Positions 10,553 to 24,500 of a stretch of DNA of 64,000 nt are shown here, piece by piece (positions within the stretch are counted from its first letter, which is position 1; every line of letters starts with the position of its first letter). Position numbers and translations under genes: made by a program. This stretch comes from Balanoglossus misakiensis. Taxonomy: Eukaryota > Animalia > Hemichordata. The notes below the pieces were generated by a model that saw nothing but the letters and a program-made list of their open reading frames with translations, did not search any database and was not told the DNA's origin. Location: positions 277,740-341,739 of the forward strand of contig CM082578.2 of the NCBI GenBank assembly GCA_040954595.2, in the 5' to 3' direction.

Positions 10553-10888
10553 TATGGAGAAGTGAGAGATTTACTCCAGAAGGATCACGTGACGGAAACT
10601 CTTACCCTATCAGAGTTGACTTTGTTTCCCGCCAAACTTTATACTTGTAGCAGATTTATTGTAATTTTTGAGTGTTTGCTCTGGCGTTCGTGGGACTTAT
10701 ATATAACCCAGTTTTGGCGCTTTCGGGCAGCATTTTCTAAGGAGCTCTGTGGTGTTACTTTGTTGTTGGATTCAGATGGTAATAAACCAGTGTTTTACCT
10801 AGCACTGAATCGTTCGCTTCTTTTCCGACGTCAGTATACTCGAACCCCCTCCCGGGAGTATTGATCACTGCCACGATACTTCCCCACA
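10553..10888 (+). repeat. 3' LTR (336 bp) of BEL/Pao remnant 1
   Basis: Follows the PPT. Imperfect terminal inverted repeats TATGGAGAAGT ... ACTTCCCCACA (9/11 match). TATA-like TATATATAA at ~10698-10706 and AATAAA at 10781-10786. Confidence 0.8.
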
Positions 10889-13800
10889 ATTTGGTCAAAA
10901 TTGTAAATTTTTGAAAATTACAAAAAATACCTGTTTTCTACATTTTCGGAAATCTGATGGAGTATAGAATGCTCTTCGTATGTATATATCGATACAAATT
11001 CCACAAAAGACCGTCTAATTTGGCTCACTGCAGACAAAATTGCGTTTTACCAAATTTTCCTTGAAAATGTCATTTTTAGAAAAAATAAATAAAAAAACCT
11101 TTGTTCTTCGAATTTGGTGCCCTGATCATATATGACATGTTGATTGTATGTTAAAACTTTCGACCACTCCAAAAATGCAGATATATTGACGGAATTCAAG
11201 AAAAAATAGCCATTTTGACCATATTTTGACAAAAATGGTAAATTTTTAAAAAATCATAAAAAATTAACTCTTTTCTTCATTTTCGGAAATATTATGGAGC
11301 ATGAAGTGTCGTTCTCTTGCAAAAAGTGCTGCAAATTCCAGAAAAGGCGGTATAATTTGAATCACCCAAGACAAAATTACCATTTTCAAATTTTTTTCGA
11401 AAAATTGTCTTTTTTACAAAATAAATAAGAATAAATTCTTTTCTTAGTTTCAAACGGGTAGAGATACTTTCCACACGGGTTTTCTAACATTGAATTCCCG
11501 TTCATCAACTCAGATTTCCTACAGCATAAGTCGGCTAAAACCCTGACACTCTAGAGCAGAAACAGTTGCACACTGGTAACGTTGAACAAGTCGATTTTTC
11601 TACGGCCTGGCTCCGCTAAATGTCCGTCACAATATGACAGACACTAGCGTACGTTAGCAACGGTGATCAAGTCAGATTTTCTACGGCATGGCTTGGATAA
11701 AGCCCCGGCACTCTAGAGCAGAAAAACGCGTACAGAGACCACGTTGATCAAGTCTGATCTCCTACGGCTTGGCTCGACTGAAACCCCGGCACACTATGAC
11801 AGACACTAGCGTTCGTTAGCAACGTTGATTAAGTCAGATTTCCTATGGCATGGCTTGGCCCTGGCACTCTAGAGCAGAAACACGCGTACAGAGACCACGT
11901 TGATCTACTCACATTTCCTTCGGCCTGGCACGGCTGATGCCCCGGCACTATATATAGGACACAGACTGGCGTAAGTTAACAACGGTAATCACGTCGGGTT
12001 TCCTACGGCCTGGCTCAGCTGAAGCCCCGGCACTCTAGAGCAGAATCATGCGTACATTGACCACGTTGATCAAGTCAGATTTCCTATGGCGTGACTCGGC
12101 TGGTGCACCGGCTCTATATGACACAGACTGGCGTAAGTTATCAATGGTGATTACGTCGGATTTCCTACGGCCTGGTTTAGCTGAAGCCCCGGCACTTTAG
12201 AGCGGAAACACGCGTACATTGACCACGATGATCAAGTCAGATCTCCTACGGCCTGGCTCGACTAAAACCCCGGCACACCATGACAGACACTAGCGTTCGT
12301 TAGCAACGGTGATCAAGTCGGATTTCCTTCGGCCTGGCTCTGCAAAAGACCCGACACTCTAATACAAAGACGTTGGCTAAGTCGGGCAAACCGAAGAGGG
12401 AAAGTCACAGCGGGTCAACACTCGACATTTGTTCGGGTAGGACTGCATTATTGCCTGTCAATTTATAGAGAAAGCCCGAATTTAACCAGGGCGCTTCAAA
12501 CACCGACGTTAGTTGGGGGCACGGCCTGCAGTACTGCCGGGTAAGTTCACATCGACGTACCGCATATAATGTAGGGGGGGGGGGGAACAGAACGGTTCAA
12601 TACTACATTTATTAGATATCAGCTAATTTTGGACAATCATCTAAAATCTAAATCATTTTTTCATATTTGGATATCTGATGATGTATGAAATTTCCATTAT
12701 TTGTAAACATGGTGCTGATTATAAAAAATGCACTCTGAATGAGCTGATTTAATACAAAATTGCGTTTTATTCGTTTTTGCACCAAAAAGGTCATTTTTAG
12801 GCAAAACATTCTTTATTTTATTAATTCGGTGACCTGATCATATATAAACAATTGCTTGTATGTTAAAAGTTTTTATGACTTTTAAAAGCAATGACACTGG
12901 CGGCATTCAACACGAAAATAAAAATTTTAGCCACAATTTGGTCAAAATGGTAAATTTTTGAAAATTACAAAAAATACCTGTTTTCTACATTTTCGGAAAT
13001 CTGATGGAGTATAGAATGCTCTTCGTATGTATATATCGATACAAATTCCACAAAAGACCGTCTAATTTGGCTCACTGCAGACAAAATTGCGTTTTACCAA
13101 ATTTTCCTTGAAAATGTCATTTTTAGAAAAAAAAAAATAAAAAAACCTTTGTTCTTCGAATTTGGTGCCCTGATCATATATGACATGTTGATTGTATGTT
13201 AAGACTTTCGACCACTCCAAAAATGCAGAGATATTGACGGAATTCAAGACAAAATAGCCATTTTGGCCATATTTTGACAAAATGGTAAATTTTTAAAAAA
13301 TCATAAAAAATAACTCTTTTCTTATTTTTTCGGAAATATTATGGAGCATGAAGTGTCGTTCTCTTGTAAAAAGTGCTGCAAATTCCAGAAAAGGCGGTAT
13401 AATTTAAATCACCCAAGACAAAATTACCATTTTCGACTTGTTTTCGAAAAATTGTCTTTTTTACAAAATAAATAAGAATAAATTCTTTTCTTAGTTTCAA
13501 ACGGGTAGAGATACTTTCCACACGGGTTTTCTGACATTGAATTCCCGTTCATCAACTCAGATTTCCTACAGCATAAGTCGGCTAAAACCCTGACACTCTA
13601 GAGCAGAAACAGTTGCACACTGGTAACGTTGAACAAGTCGATTTTTCTACTGCCTGGCTCGGCTAAATCTCCGTCACAATATGACAGACACTAGCGTACG
13701 TTAGCAACGGTGATAAAGTCAGATTTTCTACGGCATGGCTTGGATAAAGCCCCGGCACTCTAGAGCAGAAACACGCGTACAGAGAGCACGTTGATCAAGT

Positions 13801-16800
13801 CTGATCTCCTACGGCTTGGCTCGACTAAAACCCCGGCACACTATGACAGACACTAGCGTTAGTAAGCAACGTTGATCATGTCAGATTTCCTACGGCATGG
13901 CTTGGCTAAAGCCCTGGCACTATAGAGCAGAAACACGCGTACAGAGACCACGTTGATCTACTCACATTTCCTTCGGCCTGGCACGGCTGATGCCCCGGCA
14001 CTATATATAGGACACAGACTGGCGTAAGTTAACAACGGTAATCACGTCGGGTTTCCTACGGCCTGGCTCAGCTGAAGCCCCGGCACTCTAGAGCAGAAAC
14101 AGGCGTACATTGACCACGTTGATCAAGTCAGATTTCCTACGGCGTGACTCGGCAGGTGCACCGGCTCTATATGACACAGACTAGCGTAAGTTATCAACGG
14201 TGATTACGTCGGATTTCCTACGGCCTGGTTTAGCTGAAGCCCCGGCACTTTAGAGCGGAAACACGCGTACATTGACCACGATGATCAATTCAGATCTCCT
14301 ACGGCCTGGCTCGACTAAAACCCCGGCACACCATGACAGACACTAGCGTTCGTTAGCAACGGTGATCAAGTCTGATTTCCTTCGGCCTGGCTCTGCAAAA
14401 GACCCGACACTCTAGTACAAAGACGTTGGCTAAGTCGGGCAAACCGAAGAGGGAAAGTCACAGCGGGTCAACACTCGACATTTGTTCGGGTAGGACTGCA
14501 TTATTGCCTGTCAATTTATAGAGAAAGCTCGAATTTAACCAGGGCGTTTCAAACACCGACGTTAGTTGGGGGCACGGCCTGCAGTACTGCCGGGTAAGCT
14601 GACATCGGCGTACCGCATGTAATGTAGGGGGGGGGGGAACAGAACGGTTTAATACTACATTTATCAGATATCAGCTAATTTTGGACAATCATCTTAAATC
14701 TAATTCATTTTTTCATATTTGGATATCTGATGATGTATGAAATTTCCATTATATGTAAAAATGGTGCTGATTATAAAAATGCACTCTGAATGAGCTGATT
14801 TAATACAAAATTGCGTTTTATTCGTTTTTGCACCAAAAAGGTCATTTTTAGGCAAAACATTCTTTATTTTTTTAATTCGGTGACCTGATCATATATAAAC
14901 AATTGCTTGTATGTTAAAAGTTTTTATGACTTTTAAAAGCAGTGACACTGGCGGCATTCAACACGAAAATAACAATTTTAGCCACAATTTGGTCAAAATG
15001 GTAAATTTTTAAAAATTACAAAAAAATACCTGTTTTCTACATTTTCGGAAATCTGATGGAGTATAGAATGCTCTTCGTATGTATATATCGATACAAATTC
15101 AAAAAAAAAAGACCGTCTAATTTGGCTCACTGCAGGCAAAATTGCGTTTTACCAAATTTTCCTTGAAAATGTCACTTTTAGAAGAAAAAAAAATAAAAAA
15201 ACCTTTGTTCTTCGAATTTGGTGCCCTGATCATATATGACATGTTGATTGTATGTTAAAACTTTCGACCACTCCAAAAATGCAGATATATTGACGGAATT
15301 CAAGAAAAAATAGCCATTTTGGCCATATTTTGACAAAAATGGTAAATTTTTAAAAAATCATAAAAAAATTACTCTTTTCTTCATTTTCCGAAATATTATG
15401 GAGCATGAAGTGTCGTTCTCTTGTAAGAAGTGCAGCGAATTCCAGAAAAGGCGGTATAATTTGAATCACCCAAGACAAAATTACCATTTTCGACTTTTTT
15501 TCGAAAAATTGTCTTTTTTACAAAATAAATAAGAATAAATTCTTTTCTTAGTTTCAAACGGGTAGAGATACTTTCCACAAGGGTTTTCTAACATTGAATT
15601 CCCGTTCATCAACTCAGATTTCCTACAGCATAAGTCGGCTAAAACCCTGACACTCTAGAGCAGAAACAGTTGCACACTGGTAACGTTGAACAAGTCGATT
15701 TTTCTATGGCCTGGCTCGGCTAAATCTCCGTCACAATATGACAGACACTAGCGTACGTTAGCAACGGTGATCAAGTCAGATTTTCTACGGCATGGCTTAG
15801 ATAAAGCCCCGGCACTCTAGAGCAGAAACACGCGTACAGAGACCACGTTGATCAAGTCTGATCTCCTACGGCTTGGCTCGACTAAAACCCCGGCACACTA
15901 TGACAGACACTAGCGTTCGTTAGCAACGTTGATCAAGTCAGATTTCCTACGGCATGGCTTGGCTAAAGCCCTGGCACTGTAGAGCAGAAACACGCGTACA
16001 GAGACCACGTTGATCTACTCACATTTCCTTCGGCCTGGCACGGCTGATGCCCCGGCACTATATATAGGACACAGACTGGCGTAAGTTAACAACGGTAATC
16101 ACGTCGGGTTTCCTACGGCCTGGCTCAGCTGAAGCCCCGGCACTCTAGAGCAGAAACACGCGTACAGAGACCACGTTGATCAAGTCTGATCTCCTACGGC
16201 TTGGCTCGACTAAAACCCCGGCACACTATGACAGACACTAGCGTTCGTTAGCAACGTTGATCATGTCAGATTTCCTACGGCATGGCTTGGCTAAAGCCCT
16301 GGCACTCTAGAGCAGAAACACGCGTACAGAGACCACGTTGATCTACTCACATTTCCTTCGGCCTGGCACGGCTGATGCCCCGGCACTATATATAGGACAC
16401 AGACTGGCGTAAGTTAACAACGGTAATCACGTCGGGTTTCCTACGGTCTGGCTCAGCTGAAGCCCCGGCACTCTAGAGCAGAAACAGGCGTACATTGACC
16501 ACGTTGATCAAGTCAGATTTCCTACGGCGTGACTCGGCTGGTGCACCGGCTCTATATGACACAGACAGGCGTAAGTTATCAACGGTGATTACGTCGGATT
16601 TCCTACGGCCTGGTTTAGCTGAAGCCCCGGCACTTTAGAGCGGAAACACGCGTACAAAAACCACGTTGATCTACTCACATTTCCTTCGGCCTGGCACGGC
16701 TGATGCCCCGGCACTATATATAGGACACAGACTGGCGTAAGTTAACAACGGTAATCACGTCGGGTTTCCTGCGGCCTGGCTCAGCTGAAGCCCCGGTGCT

Positions 16801-19800
16801 CTAGAGCAGAAACAGGCGTACATTGACCACGTTGATCAAGTCAGATCTCCTACGGCCTGGCTCGACTAAAACCCCGGCACACCATGACAGACACTAGCGT
16901 TCGTTAGCAACGGTGATCAAGTCGGATTTCCTTCGGCCTGGCTCTGCAAAAGACCCGACACTCTAGTACAAAGACGTTGGCTAAGTCGAGCAAACCGAAG
17001 AGGGAAAGTCACAGCGGGTCAACACTCGACATTTGTTTGGGTAGGACTGCATTATTGCCTGTCAATTTATAGAGGAAGCCCGAATTTAACCAGGGCGTTT
17101 CCAACACCGATGTTAGTTGGGGGCACGGCCTGCAGTACTGCCGGGTAAGCTGACATCGGCGTACCGCATATAATGTAAGGGGGGGGGGTGGGGGGGGGGG
17201 GAACGGAACGGTTCAATACTACATTTATTAGATATCAGCTAATTTTGGACAATCATCTAAAATCTAAATCATTTTTTCATATTTGGATATCTGATGATGT
17301 AGGAAATTTCCATTATATGTAAAAATGGTGCTGATTATAAAAAATGCACTCTGAATGAGCTGATTTAATACAAAATTGCGTTTTATTCGTTTTTGCACCA
17401 AAAAGGTCATTTTTAGGCAAAACATTCTTTATTTTTTTAATTCGGTGACCTGATCATATATAAACAATTGATTGTATGTTAAAAGTTTTTATGACTTTTA
17501 AAAGCAGTGACACTGGCGGCATTCAACACGAAAATAACAATTTTAGCCACAATTTGGTCAAAATGGTAAATTTTTGAAAATTATAAAAAATACCTGTTTT
17601 CTACATTTTCGGAAATCTGATGGAGTATAGAATGCTCTTCGTATGTATATATCGATACAAATTCCACAAAAGACCGTCTAATTTGGCTCACTGCAGACAA
17701 AATTGCGTTTTACCAAATTTTCCTTGAAAATGTCATTTTTAGAAAAAATAAATAAAAAAACCTTTGTTCTTCGAATTTGGTGCCCTGATCATATATGACA
17801 TGTTGATTGTATGTTAAAACTTTCGACCACTCTAAAAATGCAGAGATATTGACGGAATTCAAGAAAAAATAGCCATTTTGGCCATACTTTGACAAAAATG
17901 GTAAATTTTTAAAAAATCATAAAAAATTAACTCTTTTCTTCATTTTCGGAAATATTATGGAGCATGAAGTGTCGTTCTCTTGTAAAAAGTGCTGCAAATT
18001 CCAGAAAAGGCGGTATAATTTGAATCACCCAAGACAAAATTACCATTTTCGACTTTTTTTCGAAAAATTGTCTTTTTTACAAAATAAATAAGAATAAATT
18101 CTTTTCTTAGTTTCAAACGGGTAGAGATACTTTCCACACGGGTTTCCTAACATTGACTTCCCGTTCATCAACTCAGATTTCCTACAGCATAAGTCGGCTA
18201 AAACCCTGACACTCTAGAGCAGAAACAGTTGCACACTGGAAACGTTGAACAAGTCGATTTTTCTACGGCCTGGCTCGGCTAAATCTCCGTCACAATATGA
18301 CAGACACTAGCGTACGTTAGCAACGGTGATCAAGTGAGATTTTCTACGGCATGGCTTGGCTAAAGCCCTGGCACTCTAGAGCAGAAACACGCGAACAGAG
18401 ACCACGTTGATCTACTCACATTTCCTTCGGCCTGGCACGGCTGATGCCCCGGCACTATATATATGACACAGACTGGCGTAAGTTAACAACGGTAATCACG
18501 TCGGGTTTCCTACGGCCTGGCTCAGCTGAAGCCCCGGCACTCTAGAGCAGAAACAGGCGTACATTGACCACGTTGATCAAGTCAGATTTCCTACGGCCTG
18601 GCTCGACTAAAACCCCGGCACACCATGACAGACACTAGCGTTCGTTAGCAACGGTGATCAAGTCGGATTTCCTTCGGCCTGGCTCTGCAAAAGATCCGAC
18701 ACTCTAGTACAAAGACGTTGGCTAAGTCGGGCAAACCGAAGAGGGAATGTCACAGCGGGTCAACACTCGACATTTGTTCGGGTAGGACTGCATTATTGCC
18801 TGTCAATTTATAGAGAAAGCCCGAATTTAACCAGGGCGTTTCAAACACCGACGTTAGTTGGGGGCACGGCCTGCAGTACTGCCGGGTAAGCTTACATCGG
18901 CGTACCGCATATAATGTAGGGGGGGGGGACAGAACGGTTCAATACTACATTTATTAGATATCAGCTAATTTTGGACAATCATCTAAAATCTAAATCATTT
19001 TTTCATATTTGGATATCTGATGATGTATGAAATTTCCATTTTATGTAAAAATGGTGCTGATTATAAAAAATGCACTCTGAATGAGCTGATTTAATACAAA
19101 ATTGCGTTTTTGCACCAAAAAGGTAATTTTTAGGCAAAACATTCTTTATTTTTTTTAATTCGGTGACCTGATCATATATAAACAATTGCTTGTATGTTAA
19201 ACGTTTTTATGACTTTTAAAAGCAGTGACACTGGCGGCATTCAACACGAAAATAACAATTTTAGCCACAATTTGGTCAAAATGGTAAATTTTTGAAAATT
19301 ACAAAAAAGACCTGTTTTCTACATTTTCGGAAATCTGATGGAGTATAGAATGCTCTTCGTATGTATATATCGATACAAATTCCACAAAAGACCGTCTAAT
19401 TTGGCTCACTGCAGACGAAATTGCTTTTTACAAAATTTTCCTTGAAAATGTCATTTTTAGAAAAAAAACTAAAAAAACCTTTGTTCTTCGAATTTGGTGC
19501 CCTGATCATATATGACATGTTGATTGTATGTTAAAACTTTCGACCACTCCAAAAATGCAGAGATATTGACGGAATTCAATAAAAAATAGCCATTTTGGCC
19601 ATATTTTGACAAAAAAGGTAAATTTTTAAAAAATAATAAAAAATTAACTCTTTTCTTCATTTTCGGAAATATTATGGAGCATGAAGTGTCGTTCTCTTGT
19701 AAAAAGTGCTGCAAATTGCAGAAAAGGCGGTATAATTTGAATCACCCAAGACAAAATTACCATTTTCGACTTTTTTTTCGAAAAATTGTCTTTTTTACAA

Positions 19801-20804
19801 AATAAATAAAAATAAATTATTTTATTAGTTTCAAACGGGTAGAGATACTTTCCACACGGATTTTCTAACATTGAATTCCCGTTCATCAACTCAGATTTCC
19901 TACAGCATAAGTCGGCTAAAATCCTGACACTCTAGAGCAGAAACAGTTGCACACTGGTAACGTTGAACAAGTCGATTTTTCTACGGCATGGCTCGGCTAA
20001 ATCTTCGTCACAATATGACAGACACTATCGTACGTTAGCAACGGTGATCAAGTCAGATTTTCTACGGCATGGCTTGGATAAAGCCCCGGCACTCTAGAGC
20101 AGAAACACGCGTACAGAGACCACGTTGATCAAGTCTGATCTCCTACGGCTTGGCTCGACTAAAACCCCGGCACACTATGATAGACACTAGAGTTCGTTAG
20201 CAACGTTGATCAAGTCAGATTTCCTACGGCATGGCTTGGCTAAAGCCCTGGCACTCTAGAGCAGAAACACGCGTACAAAAACCACGTTGATCTACTCACA
20301 TTTCCTTCGACCTGGCACGGCTGATGCCCCGGCACTATATATAGGACACAGACTGGCGTAAGTTAACAACGGTAATCACGTCGTGTTTCCTACGGCCTGG
20401 CTCAGCTGAAGCCCCGGCGCTCTAGAGCAGAAACAGGCGTACATTGACCACGTTGATCAAGTCAGATTTCCTACGGCGTGACTCGGCTGGTGCACCGGCT
20501 CTATATGACACAGACTGGCGTAAGTTATCAACGGTGATTACGTCGGATTTCCTACGGCCTGGTTTAGCTGAAGCCCCGGCACTTTAGAGCGGAAACACGC
20601 GTACATTGACCACGATGATCAAGTCAGATCTCCTACGGCCTGGCTCGACTAAAACCCCGGCACACCATGACAGACACTAGCGTTCGTTAGCAACGGTGAT
20701 CAAGTCGGATTACCTTCGGCCTGGCTCTGCAAAAGACCCGACACTCTAGTACAAAGACGTTGGCTAAGTCGGGCAAACCGAACAGGGAAAGTCACAGCGG
20801 GTCA
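10889..20804 (+). repeat. Macrosatellite, forward segment 3 (~5 units of ~2047, 2057, 2559 and ~1750 bp)
   Basis: The same marker recurs at 11292, 13339, 15396, 17955 and ~19.7 kb. Poly-G at ~12574, 14627, 17178 and 18918. Confidence 0.97.
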
Positions 20805-21091
20805 TTATGGTGGTCTTCGGTAACGCCAACGAAGCCAGACAGATTTTATTTGCGGCCCCTGGATGCCTGAAAGGAAACAAGTTGAAAGGAAACCAGATTT
20901 ATGTGTCTGACGATGTAAGCAAGAAAGTATACGCGGAACGGAAGAGGCTACTACAGTATGCAAGCAAGATAAAGAGAGAAGCGTCGACGAAAAGCTGCTA
21001 CATAGCTTGGAAAGTGCCGGCAACACTCGTAATCAAGTACGCTAATGGTGTCAAAAAGGAACTCACGGTAAATGACATTCCAGAAAAATGA
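20805..21091 (+). pseudogene. C-terminal fragment of L1-type ORF1p (end of RRM / C-terminal domain)
   Basis: LKGNQIYVSDDVSKKVYAERKRLL...YIAWKVPATLVI resembles the L1 ORF1p 'I.V.DD.S....RK.L' C-terminal region. It is cut by the 5' truncation. Confidence 0.7.
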
Positions 21092-21551
21092 CATTTGTAA
21101 ATGTAAATGAAAATTGTAAATGTAAACTGGATAGTAGCGTACGACTTTGAATTACCAAACACAGTATTCATAGAATAACGGTAACGTTGTCGGCCATTGA
21201 TTTTAAAGATCTCAATACACCTCCGACACAGAGAAGGTGTGGCACTCGAGCAGAGTAGGTTTTTTTTTTCTTGCCCTTCTTTTTTGTTCTTTTTGTATTT
21301 CTTCTCCTTTTCGTCTTGCCCCCTTTCCCTGTTTGTTTTTTTCCTCCGGGGAAGGGAGTTTCGTCTCTTCTCAGTCTTCTCTTTTTTTGGCCCTTTGGGT
21401 TTTTTTCTCTCGCCTCTGTCGGCCCTTAGGGTGTGTTTGTCTTGTTTGTTTGTTGTTTCTTGATGGGTTTATTTCAAAGCGGGACACATCAGTCAATTTT
21501 CAGAAATGTTTTTGGAAGCAGTCGACACAACACATTTCATGACAATTTGAA

Positions 21552-24500
21552 ATGGATTTTTCAGTTTTGACGTTTAATACAAGAGGGCTCCGTAGTTTCA
21601 AAAAAAGGAAAAAACTTGGATGTTGGTTAAATAGTAAGAACCCCACATTTACTTTCTTACAAGAAACCCACAGTGTAAAAGACGATGTTCACTTTTGGTC
21701 AACTCAATTTAATGGTCGCTGTTGGTTTTCGCATGGAACAAACAATAGTAGAGGTGTAATAACAATTATCAATAACCCAAATATTATAGTTAACAATTCT
21801 GTAACTGACGATATGGGTAGATTTATTCTTATTGATGTAAATTTAGACAATACGCCTTGTATACTACTTAATGTATATGCACCCAATATAGAGAAAGAGC
21901 ATGTAATTTTTCTAGAAGAAATGTATTTTTTGCTGGTCAAATATGTAACCGATCCCAACACAATTGTCATTTTAGGAGGGGATTTAAATTTCACCTATAA
22001 TATTGCCCTTGATCGCTCAGGAGGCAATCCTAAACCATGGGGAAAGTCCATTGCTCTTTTAGATAGGATATCTGACGTCTTCAATTTGATTGATATATGG
22101 AGGGTGCGTCATGAAGAAAAGAGAGGTTTTACCTGGAGAAGGCGCAGGCCTTATATCACTCAGAGTAGACTTGATTATTTTTTCATTTCTAGCGATTTAC
22201 AGCAACAAATCAGTAGCGTTCAGATTATTCCTGGAGTGGATTCCGACCATTCAGCTGTCTCTTTGGTGTATAAATCTTGCCAAAACGAGCGGGGTCCTGG
22301 CTACTGGAAGTTTAATTCTAGTTTAATTTACGACAGTACTTTCAAAACCATTCTGCACGATAATATTGACGAGTGGATTAGTGAATCCACTAGGTTAAAT
22401 GATGGGGTTCGTTGGGACTTCATAAAATTTAAGATTAGAGGTTTTGTGATTGACTACAGCAAAACAGTGGCGAAAAAACGTAGACAGAATTTACAGAATC
22501 TTGAACTGTCGGTGAATTTTCTTGAGGGTCTTTGTTCTAATCATCCTACAGTGCAAAATTACGAGATGCTCGAGTCAGCAAAGAGTGATTTGGAGAAAGT
22601 TTATGATTATATTACAGAAGGAGCGGTCGTAAGATCCAGGATTAATTGGTACGAGAAAGGTGAAAAATGTAACAAGTTCTTTTTAGGTTTGGAAAAGGTA
22701 AATAAACGCAACTCGAGTATCAGCAATTTGAAGAAAGATGAGTATACAATTATAGACAACCCAAAGAATATTTTGTGTGAAATTAAGCAGTTTTATGCCA
22801 AGCTTTACTCAAGGTGCGCCACAAACTCCAACGATGTGCATTATTTCCTGGATGCAAATTTACCAATGTTGTCAGAGAATGATAAAGTTTTGTGTGAGGG
22901 TCCTTTGACCCCTGGGGAAGTTTTCTCTGTTCTTCTCTCCCTTCCAGACAACAAAAGCCCCGGCAATGATGGCCTTACAAAAGAATTTTACGTGGCGTTT
23001 TGGCCACAGGTGGGGAATTTAGTTTTGAATTCTCTCAATTATGGTTACAGAACGGGGGAATTTTCAAATTCACAGAAACAGAGTGTCATAACTCTGATTG
23101 ATAAACCTGGGAAGGATCAACTCTATCTGAAAAATTGGAGACCAATCTCCCTTATGAATGTTGACATGAAGCTTGCTTCAAAATGCCTTGTTAAACGTAT
23201 TGAGAAAGTTTTGCCCTGCTTAATTGGTGACTCCCAAGCGGCCTTTGTCCGGGGGAGAAACATTGGTGATTATATCCGTTTGATAGATGAGATTTTTCAT
23301 CACACCTGTAATGCTGATATTCCAGCAATTTTATTAGCCATAGATTTCGAAAAAGCTTTTGACACTGTAAGTTGGGATTATCTCTACAATACATTGTCAT
23401 CCTTTAATTTTGGAGTGTCCTTCATCAACTGGGTTAAAGCCTTATATTTTAACATTGAAAGCACTGTAATGAACAATGGGTTTGGGACTGGCTATTTTAA
23501 GCTTGAGAAGGGAGTGCGCCAAGGCGACCCTTTGTCACCTATGTTATTTATTCTGGTTTTAGAAACACTCTTGCATTCAATAAGAAATAACCGGCAAATT
23601 AGTGGTATCAATATTGGCAGTGTTGAAATTAAGGAGTCGGCGTTCGCCGACGATATGACCTGTTTTTTATCAAATGAAAACTCTGTAAGAATTGTTTTTG
23701 AAATGTTAACTTCCTTTTATAATGCTTCTGGTTTGAAAGTCAACAAAGATAAGACAGAAGCTGTTTGGCTTGGGAAATGGAGACTTCGAAAAGATGAGGC
23801 GTTCGGGGTAAAGTGGCCCACCCCTACTATCAAGATTGTGGGGATTCATTTTTCTTATAATGAAAAAATTGCCCAGGAAAAAAATATTGTTACCCCAGTC
23901 GAAAATCTAAAAAAGGTCCTCAATATGTGGAAAACTAGGAATTTGACCATCATTGGGAAAGTTCAAGTTATTAAGTCATTGGCAATTTCCAAATTAACAT
24001 ATGTGCTTACACATGTAATTTTTCCTAATGAAGTAATAGGTCGGGTTCATAAGTTAATTTATAATTTTCTCTGGAATGGACAAGACCGGGTTCGCAGGAA
24101 TGTAATGATAGGGGAGGTGGGCCAAGGAGGCTTAAAAATGCCCAATTTAGATGTGATGATAAAAACAAAGCAAGTATTACTGATTAAACGCCTGTTGAAT
24201 GAGGAATGTAAACACCCTTGGAAACACATTGTCTTACACAGTTTAGAGAAAGTCGGTGGAAAATTACTTTTTAAATGTAACTTCCGCACCAATCTTTTGC
24301 CTGTCCAAGTTTCCAGTTTTATAAATAATTGTCTTGTCACATGGTCAGAAATCAACATAATTCCAAATACTACAGACCAGGTGATTTGGAACAACAGAAA
24401 CGTCCTCGTTGGAGGAAAGTCGGTATTTTATAAGGCTTTTTCTGACGCTGGCTTTAATTTCATCCCTGACATGTTTACAGGTTTTAATAGAGTATCATGG

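Larger units (their letters stand above)
9450..10888 (+). mobile_element. BEL/Pao LTR retrotransposon, 5'-deleted remnant (integrase C-terminal half, PPT, 3' LTR)
   Basis: Begins mid-integrase (ARRSLPSRMLSDNASTY). Polypurine tract GGGGGAGAA at 10544-10552 followed by the LTR. No 5' LTR, gag or RT. Confidence 0.92.

Noticed and set aside
10376-10864. 162-aa ORF after the BEL integrase as an env-like or extra gene
   Set aside because: It starts at TTG, runs across the 3'UTR, PPT and LTR, and has no motifs.
21197-21542. Hydrophobic Phe/Leu/Ser-rich ORFs between L1 ORF1 and ORF2
   Set aside because: They are translations of a pyrimidine-rich inter-ORF spacer, with non-ATG starts.
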